Assembly: GCF_009914755.1 (NCBI RefSeq)
Contig: NC_060930.1
Strand: one strand, 5' to 3'
Source: the human T2T-CHM13v2.0 reference genome, Homo sapiens
Length of the DNA: 64,000 bases
The notes beneath the pieces are model-generated. The model saw only the letters and a program-made list of their open reading frames with translations, did not search any database and was not told the origin of the DNA. Numbering within the stretch: the first letter of the stretch is position 1; every line of letters begins with the position of its first letter. Of the stretch, positions 1 to 15,071 are shown piece after piece. Made by a program: the position numbers and the translations under genes.

Positions 1-144
1 CATGCACCACCACACCTGGCTAATTTTTTGTATTTTTAGTAGAGATGGAGTTTTGCCATGTTGGCCAGGCTGGTCTCGAACTCCTGACCTCAGGTAATCC
101 ACCCGCCTTGGCCTCTCAAAGTGCTGTAAGCCACCACACCTGGC
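1..144 (-). mobile_element. Alu (partial, cut by window edge)
   Basis: Antisense Alu left monomer and linker. Confidence 0.9.
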
Positions 145-2322
145 TGTTTATTTCCACTTTTAAATTGCTTTTAGATAATACTGTGATAATAAACATCTTC
201 ATATGTATACTCTTGTGCATGTATCTGGGTGTCTCTCCTTACTATCCATTTATAGAAGTAGGATTACTAGGTCGAAAGATGTGGTTAACGGTATTAATAC
301 ACATTGTCCTTAAATTTAACATCACGTCATCTAAACTGTGGCCTCACCTTCCCTCCCCTCTAAGTACTTCCCACTCATCATGTGGTACCTCTTTCCCAGC
401 TCTACACCTATCTTGACCCCCATTCCTGCAAGGCCTAAGCTGCCTACTAGCTGCCTATTAGCTAATCAACAGAATATTCACTTTTTAGAGCTTTTAAAAT
501 TATTACTCATTTTCATGAAGATTAAAATGACTTCCAGAGCCAAGGAATGAAGCTATAATGAAGACAACAAAGACAGGAGAACGATGATGGGGGTTGATCC
601 TTGGCTGATAGACTTCAAAGTCAACCATTAGCACCCAGGATGAGTCATTTTGAATTAGAATCAGATACTCTGCCCACCTATAATGAGAGATCTTCTTGAT
701 CTTTAATGAGTACCATCTCTTCATTGAAACAGTCACCAGAATTTGCATTTCCAAGATCTCTTGCCACTTTCCCCAAAATACCTTCTATGGCCATTACACA
801 GAAAAAAACTTATCTGTGCCTGCAAAGAAAACTCAGCTTTGGACCAAATTATCCCCACTGTGTACAACAAAATCACATTCCTCTGGCCTCTGTATTTCTC
901 TCCGTAGTCCATTTCAACGCTTATAGCAAATCAACATTGTGACCCAATAATTATTAAGTCCATTAATCTTTACTGCATTATTAATCGCAAATCTCACCAA
1001 CTAACCTTGCAAAGTGCATATGTGGGTAAGCCATGGAAGCTAGAAAGAGTTTCCTGGGAAAATCTGGGATCTTATTTCATGTCCTCACATTTCTCTGAAG
1101 GAAAAAAACTTGTAAACATTGAGTCAAAACCTTACAAATTTTGGAGGGAGGAGGAGTGCAAAAAATTCTTACAAATTTCACAAGGTTACAAAGCAAAAGG
1201 GGAATGTGGTCTTGAAAAATTCTTAAAACTTAACCAGAATGAATGACGACTGATCTTTCTTTCCAATAGTTTGATGTTTGGATTAGTGCATTTCCGTTGT
1301 GAAATCCGATTTTCTATTATCCAGTTACACCTAGTAGGCATGAAATAAATGTTTGTTGAAATGAATTAAATGTAATATGCTCAGGTCAATGTCTTTCACA
1401 TTCTTTATAAGGTCTTATATTTGGAAAATAATATTAACAACCATTTCCATGAATAACATTTACTTCATCCATAGAAAATGTAAAGATACTACCAAAGGGA
1501 GCCATCCTAAGATGCCTGAAATGAGTTATTAAATTCTAACTTAACCACAACCAATATTACTAATTTGTTTTAAATAACTTGTCCAACTCCTAGAAGGAAA
1601 CAAGGATTTGGGGAGCAGAAGTAGATCAAGAAAATTAGTATTAAATGGCAGGAGTAAAGGGATAACATTTGAAATTCTGGCTTCCTGGAGTGATCAGTCA
1701 AAAGCTCTCCTGCTGGAAAATAATATCTTGAATTGAAAAGCATTCGGATCATGGTCGATTTTTAACCCAATTAAATTTCCTTCTCCTAGGTAGCCTATTT
1801 ACTAAAGCAGTATGATAGCTGTTAATATTATCATTTAATAAACATATTGCTAGTAAAAATGAACTCTATTCCAACTATTACCACAGCATAAATAAAGATT
1901 TTTTCTCAAAATGTTAGCTTGGTTTGGGATTGCTGCTTTTTCTTTCCAATTGATTTGCCTCTGCCCAGCTGATCTGCCTCTGAGGAGCTAAAAAATACCA
2001 ATAAATAGTAACACAGACTATTAAAGTATGCTTTTCATAATATGTCAATATCTTTCTATTTCTCAGGATAACCATATGCAGGAAGGATAGGGAAACAATA
2101 AACTATTATTTTAACTGCCTAACAGCGTTTTTTCAACTAGAAACCACATTCAAACAACCTTATTTTTCACTATGCAGCACGTAGTCCTTCTCTTATTTCC
2201 TTTTTCTTAAAAAAATTGAATGTATTTTGCTAATCTTCTCTGTATCTTTCCAATTTTACCCTGTGTGCTGCCGAAGAGAGCACTTTTCTGGGGGAGGGGA
2301 GGGGAGGGGTGTTGTTTTTCTA

Positions 2323-2614
2323 TTTTTGTTTTTAAGACAGAGTCTTGCACTGTCACCCAGGCTGGAGTGCAGCGGCATGATCTCAGCTCATTGCAACCTC
2401 CGACTCCCAGGAGTCAAGCAATTCTCATGCCTCAGCCTCCCTAGTAGCTGGGATTACAGGTGTGTGCCACCACGCTTGGATAATTTTTGTATTTTTAGCA
2501 GAGATGGTTTTGCCCTGTTGGCCAGGCTGCTATCCACTCCTGGCCTCAACTGACCCACCCACCTCAGCCTCCAAAAGTGCTGGGACTACAGGCATGAGCC
2601 ACCATGCCTGGCCC
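2323..2614 (-). mobile_element. Alu
   Basis: Full-length antisense Alu. Confidence 0.9.
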
Positions 2615-2788
2615 AGAACTTCCTAAGAAACACTTACACGTCACTGCTTGCTGTCTCACACTTCCTTGGGTGAATTCCCTGGAGAGTGAAAAGATTCAAA
2701 CAGACACAAAATGGCAATACATGCTCTGTCCACTTCACAGGAATTTACCTGAATAGTTTCAGACACAGACTTTATCATAATTAAGAAT

Positions 2789-3085
2789 TTTTGTTTTTTG
2801 GGGTTTTTTTTTTTAGATGGAGTCTTGCTCTGTCGCCCAGGCTGAAATGCAGTAGCGTGATTTCGGCTCACTGCAAGCTCCACCTCCCGGGTTCACACCA
2901 TTCTCCTGCCTCAGCCTCCTGACTAGCTGGGATTATAGGCATGTGCCTGGCTAATTTTTGTATTTTTAGTAGAGACGGGATTTCATCATGTTGGTCAGGC
3001 TGGTCTCAAACTCCTGACCTTTTGATCCGCATGCCTCAGCCTCCCAAAGTGTTGGGATTACAGGCATGAGCCACTGCGCCCGGCC
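2789..3085 (-). mobile_element. Alu (S/Y-like)
   Basis: Antisense Alu with poly-T head and gcaagctcc motif. Confidence 0.9.
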
Positions 3086-3116
3086 AGAGAAATATTTTTT
3101 AATAAACAACTTCAGA

Positions 3117-3350
3117 GGCCAGGCACAGTAGCTTATACCTTTAATCCCAGTACTTTGGGAGGCCAATGGGGGGAGGAACACTTGAGGCCAGTTCAACCAG
3201 CCTGGGCAACACAGCAGGACCCCATCTCAACAAAAAAATTAAGCACTTTGGGAGGCCAAGGTGGGAGGATGGCTTAAGGTAAAGAGTTCGAGACCAGCCT
3301 CAGCTACTTGGCAAGAACCTGTCTCAAGAAAACAAAGAAAAAATTTAAAA
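3117..3350 (+). mobile_element. Two FLAM/Alu left-monomer fragments
   Basis: ggccaggcacagtagc... followed by a second agcactttgggaggcc... monomer, each with an A tail. Confidence 0.75.
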
Positions 3351-3450
3351 AAACACAAAAACTAATTAAATTATGATTATAGAAATCTTCCGAAAGATAA
3401 GAAAATGTTCGTCAAATACCAAGTAAAGATTTTTAAAAAGAGTACGTGCC

Positions 3451-3905
<455 letters not shown>

Positions 3906-3976
3906 TCAAAATCATCAAGACCACTCCCTTTAACTGAATTAAACAGCCTTTATTGAATGCCTTCTGTGTATAAAGT

Positions 3977-4295
3977 ACAGGCAGCCCTTCATACCCACAG
4001 GTTCCATATCCATGGATACAACCAACCATGGATCTAAAATATTTGGGGGTAAAACTGCAGTAAAAGTAATACAACAATATAAATAATACAAATTTAAAAC
4101 CCATGTAGTATAACTATTTACATAGCATTTACATTGCAGTAGATATTAAGAAATTTAGCGATGATTTAGAGTACACAGGAGGATGAAGTTTTATACGCAT
4201 TGACTATGCCATTATATCAGGGACTTGAGCATCTGTGGATTTTGGTATTCCTAGGGTCCTAGAACCAATCCCCAACAGATACCAAGGATGACTGC
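3977..4295. mobile_element. MER2-like TcMar-Tigger MITE
   Basis: tacaggcagcccttcatacccacagg...ccatggatacaaccaacc and terminal gaaccaatcccc...gataccaaggatgactg inverted ends. Confidence 0.75.
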
Positions 4296-4309
4296 ACTGT
4301 GCTGAGCAG

Positions 4310-4690
4310 GAATCAGTCAGGGTCCAGGCAGGAGACGGACAGTACAGCCAAACTGGGCGATCTGACGACAGTGTCACAAAGAGGCTATTTACAGAGGTGT
4401 GGGCATAGTTAGAGAAAACAATGAACAGAGAAGCATCCTGGGCTAGCAAGAGTGGGGGCTGCCAGCACCTGAAAAGGCAGAGGAGGCTGTCCAACCTGAA
4501 CTCACCACGACCCAGCAGGAGGCGGCAAGCCCTCCCCTCCTCCACCCTACAGACTAGCACTGTGCCTCCCACTGGGTAAATCTGACTACAAGGCAGAGGA
4601 AGGGGGCTTGTTGATGGAGTCCTCGCCTGTCAGCACCCCAAGCCACAGAGCAGGGCAGAGTGAGTCTGAAGGCACACAAACAACACATAA
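4310..4690 (-). mobile_element. Old ERVL-type LTR fragment (LTR33-like)
   Basis: tcagtcagggtccaggcaggagac... and ctatttacagaggtgtgggca motifs. Confidence 0.45.
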
Positions 4691-4950
4691 GCCTGGCCCC
4701 TGCTCTTGGCAACTTAAAAATCTAAGGGAAACATCAAGTCGTTATTTTAGGCACATACTGAGACAACTCACTAGTGCCAAAAACTGAGTGTTTAGGTCTA
4801 ACCGGTCCCTGCAGAATTAAATCAAAATCAAGTTATTCATTCCTTATGGCTCCTGATCTGCTTTCGGTTAGAATGAATGAGCCCTGGGGATTAAAAGAGA
4901 GATTTATGTATCCGTGAAATTATTTTACTCATCCCACATACCTGTGCTAG

Positions 4951-5296
<346 letters not shown>

Positions 5297-5401
5297 TAAT
5301 TCCAAAGGTGAGGGTGTCTTTCGTGTAACATGTCAGGGCTTACCTTGATGGGTTTATGCTGCAGTACTGTGCCAAATGTCTATACCCTGAAGCAACCTGC
5401 T

Positions 5402-6801
5402 CGCGTCCGGAATCGGTGGGTTCTTGGTCTCACTGACTTCAAATGTGATGCCGCAGACCCTCGCTCTGAGTGTCACAGTTCTTAAAGGCAGCGTGTCCGG
5501 AGTTTGTTCCTTCTGCTGCTCGGATGTGTTTGGAGTTTCTTCCTTCTGATGGGTTCGTGGTCTTGCTGGCTTCAAAAGTGAAGCTGCAGACCTTCGCAGT
5601 GAGTGTTACAGCTCTTAATGCAGCGCGTCTGGAATTCTTCGTTCCTCTCGTTGGGTTCGTGGTCTCACTGGCTTCAGGAGTGAAGCTGCAAACCTTCGGG
5701 TGAGTGCTACAACTCACAAAAGCAGTGTGGACTCAAAGAATTAGCAGCAACAATATTTATTGCAAAGAGCAAAAAAATAAAGCTTCCAAACCGTGGAAAA
5801 AGACCACAGCAGATTACCGCTGCTGGCTCGGGCAGCCTGCTTTTATTCTCTTACCTGGCCCCACCCACATCCTGCTGATTGGTCCATTTTACAGAGAGCC
5901 AATTGGTCTGTTTTACAGAGAGCTGATTGGTCCGTTTTGACAGGGTACTGATTGGTGCCTTTACAATCCCTGAGCTGGACACAAAAGTTCTCCACATCCC
6001 CGCTAGATTAGCTAGACACAGAGTGTCGATTGCTGCATTCACAAACCCTGAGCTAGACACAGGGTTTGTGTCTAGCTGATTGGTGTGTTTACAAACCTTG
6101 AGCTAGATACAGAGTGCTGATTGGTGTATTTACAATCCCTTAGCTAGACATAAAGGTTCTCCAAGTCCCCACCAGAATCAGGAGCCCAGCTGGCTTTACA
6201 CAGTGGATCCCGCACCGAGGGTGCAGGTGGAGCTGCCTGCCAGTCCTGCGCCTGTGCGCCCACACTCCTCAGCCCTTGGGTGGCCGATGGGACTGGGCGC
6301 CGTGGAGCAGGGGGCGGCGCTCGTGGGGGAGGCTCCGGCGGCGTAGGAGCCCACAGCGAGGTGGGGAGGCTCAGGCATGGCGGGCTGCAGGTCCCGAGCC
6401 CTGCCCCGCTGGGAGGCCTGGGGAGGCAGCTAAGGCCCGGCGAGAAGTCGAGCACAGCAGCTGCTGGCCCAGGTGCTAGGCCTCTCACTGCCCGGGGCTT
6501 GCTGGTGGACCTGCACCTCCGGGGCTTGCGGGCGGACCTGCCCGCCGAGCCCACGCCCACCCGGAACTCGCACTGGCCTGCAAGCACCGCGCACAGCCCC
6601 GGTTCCGCCCGCGCCTCTCCCTCCACACCTTCCCGCAAGCTGAGGGAAGCAGCTCCAGCCTTGGCCAGCCCAGAAAGGGGCTCCCACAGTGCAGCGGCGG
6701 GCTGAGGGGCTCAAGCGTGGCCAGAGTGGGCGCCAAGGCCGAGGAGGCGCCGAGAGCGAGCGAGGGCTGTGAACAAACTCCGGACACGCTGTCACCTCTC
6801 A
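5402..6801 (-). mobile_element. Solo LTR12 (LTR12C-like, HERV9/ERV1)
   Basis: Minus strand starts TGAGAGGTGACAGCGTG and ends AAGAACCCACCGATTCCGGACGCG; GC/CpG-rich U3, tandem agctagacaca...gattggtg units with CCAAT boxes, AATAAAAGC motif near 5840, repeated U5 units. Confidence 0.93.
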
Positions 6802-7062
6802 CTCTTATCAAAGGTGAGCATCTCTGTGCTTTTCCAAAATGTGTCCATTTTTGTCAAAGCCAAAAACAAAAGAGCAAATTACCAAGCAGCGTTTCACTGC
6901 ATTTATCTGTTGTCTACAACTCCTGACTTGCTAAGGGCGACTGAAATTTACAGGAGGAACATCACAGGAAATCATCACGAATGTCAGCTCCAAAATGGTC
7001 CCCATGTCTTATTCTTTCCATCACCATTAATCCAAGATTTAGAGGTTAAAATTCTAATAAAT

Positions 7063-7647
<585 letters not shown>

Positions 7648-7789
7648 TCGAATAAATGTATCATAAAATTAGATTTCATTCTGTTAGCATTAAACTGCAG
7701 AAATTCCTCACACAATGATATCATCATGGCAGCTAATGTCTCATGAAAAGACAAGTCTCCATGTGAAGGGTGCTTATGATTTTTGGAAA

Positions 7790-7910
7790 ACAAGTTAGTC
7801 TGAGACTCCATTCTTCTCTTTGTAAAATGTGGGAAATAATGGGTGACTCATTGATTGTTGTAAGGATTAAATAATATAATTTCCAAAAATACCTAACACT
7901 AAGTAGGCTC
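7790..7910 (+). mobile_element. MIR fragment
   Basis: tttgtaaaatgtgggaaataat...gttgtaaggattaaata core. Confidence 0.55.
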
Positions 7911-10498
7911 TAAAATTAGTCTCCCCACCCTCAAACTCTCTACCTTACCCTAAGTGCATATATACATTTAAATACATAGTTTTAGTCACTTTGTTTAACA
8001 ATGTTACATTTTAGTAATTTAAAAAATATATTTTCCCCAAAACCAGAAACTCCAAATGTATCTCCACTTCCCTGACACAAAGTAGCTATCTGCCAACACA
8101 AGGAATGGGGTGAAAGGAATAGGACATTCCATTGAACCAGGAGTTTCCAGAGAAGTGTGGGTTTCTTCCTTTCAACCTCTTTGATGTAATCTAAATCAAT
8201 AAGTAATGACAGTTTGTCCAAAAGTGTCATACATTCAGGTGAGGAAGAAGGGTAGGAAGCTCATGGATGTATGCAGAGGAACTTAAGAACTCCTCTCAAA
8301 CACTGTAAAACAGGTTTTCTGTCCATACATAGGGTGGATTTGCAACACAGCCTTCCACAGGCTCAAGCCCATCTGTTGTAAGGAGCATGAGTTAGGACAG
8401 AACAAGGAGGAAAACTACCAAGTCATCTCTCTTCACACAAGTCCAGCCAAGTATTGATTGTTTATTCAAAGCTTTCTTTTCTCCCTCCCTCTCTCTGTTC
8501 AGTCACTATCCCCTGCCTCCCACCCACCCCCTCCCTCCACCAAATGAAATTAAATTTCTCAACTACCTCTATTTGATGCTGTGTTTAGCATAAGCCCTGA
8601 GTAGATATGGATTCTGTTTCTTGAATTTTCCCTGACAAACCGCTTCCAGCTGCCCTTTGGGGTGGGATGCCACCGTGATAAAATACAGTGTCATGTTTGC
8701 TGAGGATTTCAGCTGCCACCTGGGGGCTCATGCACTCAATGAGTGCTCTTTAGCAAGGCTGGTGGTGACATGGTGACAAACGGTATGTTGACTTTTTTCT
8801 TTCTGTGGTTTAGGACTGGTTGGTTTCAGTCTTGCTGGCTCTTTCTCCTGGGTTACCAACATTTTCCACATTTAGAGCCTGTGACTGCCTCTCCTCCAGG
8901 ATTATTGCAGCAAGCTCCTTGCTGTCGACAGAAGCCATTTGTTGGTTAGAGGGTTTACAACTGAGACGACCTACAAGTGCCCATTTGATAGTTAACCCAT
9001 GCTTCAGAATTTGCTTATTTTTTTTCCTTTTTAAGGACTCTTTCTTCAACTAAACAGTTTCTCTTCAGAGTGTTATCACTCCGCTCCCATGAAATGACTG
9101 GGACTGTTACTTCTTTTATCTCTGGTCACACCCAGCAAAATTAAGCTTGCTTGTGGATGATTAGCCGTAGGCTGATCCACATCTGAGCCAATTGACTGGC
9201 TGCTTAGGAGGACTTTGCCTCGGGCTCACCCCTGAAGCCACCACCCCTGAGGCCACTGCCTGTGCCAGGGCATTCCCAAGCCTCTATCCCCAGTGTGGGC
9301 TTCCCTGCTGCATGTGGCTCTTCAGCCTCAGGTTCCTCCTCTTCACTCCCCCATCCTTGCATGGGCTTCCTCTTCCGTCCCGCTTGCTTCTAGAACATTT
9401 CCAATTATTGCTTCCAGGTCCTGAACACTAGTGGCTGAACTGAAAAATGGAAAAGATGATGAAAGCCAGGCACTGAGAAATCAGTTAATTAAACTCTTCA
9501 GAGGTCCCCAGAAAGGACAGATTCCCCTGCACACCTGATGAGGAATCTTGGACTCTTGCTTATTAAAGGGAAAGGAAGTCCATTTTACTGGACACTTGTC
9601 GAGGAATTCCAGCAAGCCCCTGGACAGAGGGCTTCAGTGACCAGGGTAGCTTTCTGCTTTTGGTTGTAAAGAGATCAGAAAGTGTCATCCTTCAAAGCGA
9701 TGTCATGGGCTCAGAGCCCTTTCTGTGCACTTTGCCATATTGTGCCCACTCCGGTTCTCAAGGTCAGTTGGCCATCTGAAGTGGAACAATGACTTCTCTA
9801 CAATCCAGCTTTAACTATTTGCACAGTTCCATGCCATTCCACTAATTTAGTACATACCAGGGTGTACCCAGGCTTCAGGCTGGTCTGGGTTCTACTTCCC
9901 AAGCCCAGTCCCAGCACATGCCTTCCCAAAGATCTTTCCTCCCAGGTCCCAGTCTCCCTCTTAGGATCAAACCAATTCAACTTAACCCTTATTTAATGTC
10001 TTCTCTCTGCCTACTCAGCCCAGTGTGGTAGTCAGGCACAGAAACTCATCAATTACAGCACAGAGTCAGCAGGTCAACAACAGAGTGGGATAAAATTCCC
10101 TCTTCTCCAAACACACAAACCCAGCTCTGTAGCATCTTTTTTCCACCCCTGAAATTCCCCCAAACAGACTATCCCTTGTGCTGGCATCCGGCAAGGTCCT
10201 AAAGAGGCCCTACAGCCTGTTTTTGCTCAGGCTGTTTTCAAGCCTTTTTCCGATCTATTTTCTCTGAAACTTTGCGTGCATATACACACACCAGAATCAA
10301 CAAGTCGACTGAGCATGCAAAAGCCACATCCACATTTCTAGACCTTGATACCTTCTCAGACCTCTGGCAAATCTAAAGCCCAGACCAACTGGGATTACTC
10401 CCAGGTTATACATTGCTTTAGAGAAGAGAATATTTGTCACACCTAGGCATGGATCCGAGAAGTCCTCACATGCTCACATGCAGAAGGCCCATTCCTTA

Positions 10499-10912
<414 letters not shown>

Positions 10913-11327
10913 CTATTCTGAAAGGATCAGACAATTTTCTTATAAGAAATATATTTTTTCTGATGAGGCTTTGCTGGAGATATTACCAGAACAAGTGTCT
11001 CCAACCACTGGTAGTCTGGAAAATGATAAAGGTGGGTTCTGGGTGGCACAGTGAAACCAGCCTGAGATTACAAACCTTTGCTGGGGGTAAACTACAGAAG
11101 CAACCATGGAGACTTAATTCTGTGTTTTTCTGAGATTCTATAATTAGGTAATGTCATTTACATGCTTCCAAGTGAGGGAAGGAAATTCTTTGGAGGCAAA
11201 GCGTAACGGTTCCAGTACTGGCACCAAATGTCTTCCTGCTCAGCAAGTCCATTTTAAAGTCTTGTTCATGAGCTAAGCTGAGTTCTCCTACAGAAGCAGA
11301 GTGAAGAGTCAAGGAAATGTGAAGACT

Positions 11328-11771
<444 letters not shown>

Positions 11772-12447
11772 TCACTCACCACCCCGTTCTGGTGACTTTC
11801 CTCTGCACACATTCCGCCTTGCTCTCCCTCTTAGTTTTTAACACCTATTTAGCAAATATCCTGGAAAAATATTTCCAAAAAAAGTTAAAAGTGGTTGTTT
11901 GGAATGATGAGATTACCGGTCCACTGTTGTTTGCTGCTTCTTTGCATGTTTTCAACGTCTGGGCCTGGAACAAGTGCAGGTATTCCTTTGCTCATTCCGT
12001 AACGATGCTCAGCATTGAGTGTGCTATCCTGACTAGTGCGAATACTCCATTGCTTGACTTCTCCTGTGTCCGGAACGTTACACTTCTGGTAATACATTGT
12101 ACGATTGTATTTGTCTTTTTCAAGACCACTTAACACCTTCAGCTTATATAAATCTCGTAGCTAACTGAAGCCTCCAGGTTTTTTCACATGAAGTGTTCAC
12201 ATAAATCATGGATCTCCCAACCTATTTTCATCTTTATGAGTAGTTAAGACATAAATCCTTCTTACAGTATTAAAGGGTGCTAGTGTATTAAACTACCTAA
12301 ATAGCCAGCATGCCTTTTAAAGGGGCTATCATGATCTAATTCAAATGGTAAGAATTCCAGGGTCTATGTCAGGTGCCCCTGGCTCCCTCTGTGTCTCATC
12401 CCCTTCCATTATGGATCCAAAAAACATGTCTTGAAATGTTGCCTCCT

Positions 12448-12765
12448 GGCCGGGCATGGTGGCTCATGCCTGTAATCCCAGCATTTTGGGAGGCTGAGGT
12501 AGGCAGATCACTTGAGGTCAGGAGTTCGAGACCAGCGCCTGGCCAACATAGTGAAACCCCATCTCTATTAAAAATACAATAATTAGCCAGATGCGGTGGC
12601 ATGCACCTGTAATCCCAGCTACTCAGGAGACTGAGGCAGGAGAATCACTTGAACCCCAGAGGCAGAGGTTGCAGTGAGCCGAGATGCAGGTTGCAGTGAG
12701 CCAACATCGCACCACTGCACTCCAGCCTGAGTGACAGAGAAAGACTCTGTCTCAAAAAAAAAAAA
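12448..12765 (+). mobile_element. AluS with an internal ~22-bp tandem duplication
   Basis: aggttgcagtgagcc occurs twice at 12666-12702; TSD-like ttgcctcctg on both sides. Confidence 0.9.
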
Positions 12766-12986
12766 GAAATCATTGCCTCCTGCAAAAATTAATATGCAAG
12801 AAAATTCAAGGGACTAGTAATCTGTGGAAGGAGGGGGAAGATGGTAATGTTTTATTTCTTTTCGGTGTCAATTACATGAGGTCATTTTATTTTATAATAT
12901 ATTCTCTTGTATGTGTGAAATACAAATTTTAAATATGTGATAATTTAAAAGTAATATGTAGAGTTGATTTAAAATAGGAAAAAATG

Positions 12987-13607
12987 ACTGGGCATGGTGG
13001 TCCATCCCTGTAATCCCAGCACTCTGGGAGGCTGAGACAGGAGGATCACTTGAGCCAAGGAGTTTGGGACTGGCCTGGGCAACATAGCAAGATCCTGTCT
13101 CTACAAAAAGTACAAAAATTAGCTAAGCATGATGGTGCATGCTTGTAGTTCCAGCTACTCAGGAGGCTGAGGCGGGAGGATTGCTTGAGCCCCAGAGATT
13201 GCAAATGTAGTGAGCTCTGATTGTGCCACCGCACCCCAGCCTGGGCAACAGAGCCAGACCCTGTCTCTAAATTAATTAATTAATTTAATTTAATGGGAAG
13301 AAATGTCTGGGCACTGCGGCTTATGCCTGTAATCCCAGCACATTGGGAGGCAGAGGCTGGAGGATCACTTGAGGCAAGAAATTCAAGACCAGCCTGAGCA
13401 ACATAGCAAGACCCCATCTCTACAAAAACATTAAAAAATAAAAAATTCACTGGGCATAGTGGTGAATGCCTGCAGTCATAGCTACTCAGGAGGCTGAGGT
13501 GGGAGGCTTGCTGGAGCCTGGGAGGTTGAGGCAGCAAATGAGCTCTGGTTGCACCACTGCACTGCAGCCTGGGCAACAGAGAGAGATCCTGTTTTTTAAA
13601 AAAAAAG
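12987..13607 (+). mobile_element. Two tandem AluJ-like elements (12987-13290, 13305-13607)
   Basis: ggattgcttgagccc J-type diagnostics; (TAAT)n tail on the first copy. Confidence 0.85.
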
Positions 13608-14670
13608 AGGGGGGGATTGGGGGGGAATTCTCAGTATCCCTTCAATTTTGAGGGGAAAAAAGGTAATAAGAAAAAACAAGGAGAAAGCAATAGATAAGCA
13701 AATGAAAGGGAGGAAAACAGATTCAAGTTTGAAAAGGAAAATGAAAGAAAAGATAGCGGCCTGGAAGACAGGCAGAGATAGGAGGATTAGATGGAGTATT
13801 TGGCTGAACAGGGACAACAGAGGTGGTGAGGAGTCCCTGCGGCGCTGCAGAGTGGGAGAGAGCGGAACAGTGAAAGCTACTTCGGATCCTCCAAGAAACG
13901 TCAGCAAATCCATCCTATTCCTCAGCATTCTGCTTCAGCCACCTAAGGCAGTCAGCCTCCCACTGCCGTTCAGCCTGTGTGGCCCAGAGCCAGGAAGCAC
14001 GTTCCCTCGCAGCTCTGGGTACAGATTCCCTATACACATGAGTGTCTCCCTCCCGGTGACTCAGCTGCTGTGCTTTCCTCTCCTTCCCCAGGGCCTGAGC
14101 AGTAGCCTGCCTGATGATGATCAAGCAGAGCCCTGCAAGTTTCAAGAGGAATGTCAGTGACTCTTCACTGAAACCCCCCAGGTAGGCATGCAGTGACAAT
14201 CCAGGGCTTTCCTGGACACATTGCAATCCTAACCTCAGGGTAAAAGCCATGTCCCTGTTCCGCCACAGCATGGCAAAATCAATTCCAGTTGGATTAAAAA
14301 GTTACATGTTTTTAAAAAAATGAAACCGTAAAAATGTATGTGACTCAGATAAAGTAAAAAAAAAAAAAAGAAAAAAGTGAGTGGTTATGTGTTTTTAAAA
14401 AGACAGAGATCAAATGGATAAATATTACACAAGACTAGTCTAAATTGTTTGGTGTACACCATGAAATACTTTTTTCAACCTCTGGCTCCAAATCTCCAAA
14501 CTTTTGTCCCCTTCCTTACTCCTTGTGCTGAACAGACAGCCTTTTAGTCACTCAGTTTTAAGAGAAACTTCATTCTGGTCATTAAGACTCCATCTCAGGT
14601 ATGAAAATTTCAGTAAGTGAAGGCAAAGATTAATTTTATATTCGTTTAAAGGCTTTTCCCGTCCACCTAA

Positions 14671-15071
<401 letters not shown>

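Noticed and set aside
5354-6811. ORFs within the LTR12
   Set aside because: Typical LTR12 U3/U5 translations; no gag/pol/env sequence is present.
13648-14160. 170-aa ORF
   Set aside because: Non-ATG start, a Lys-rich part derived from purine-rich low-complexity DNA, and no recognisable domain or supporting splice structure.
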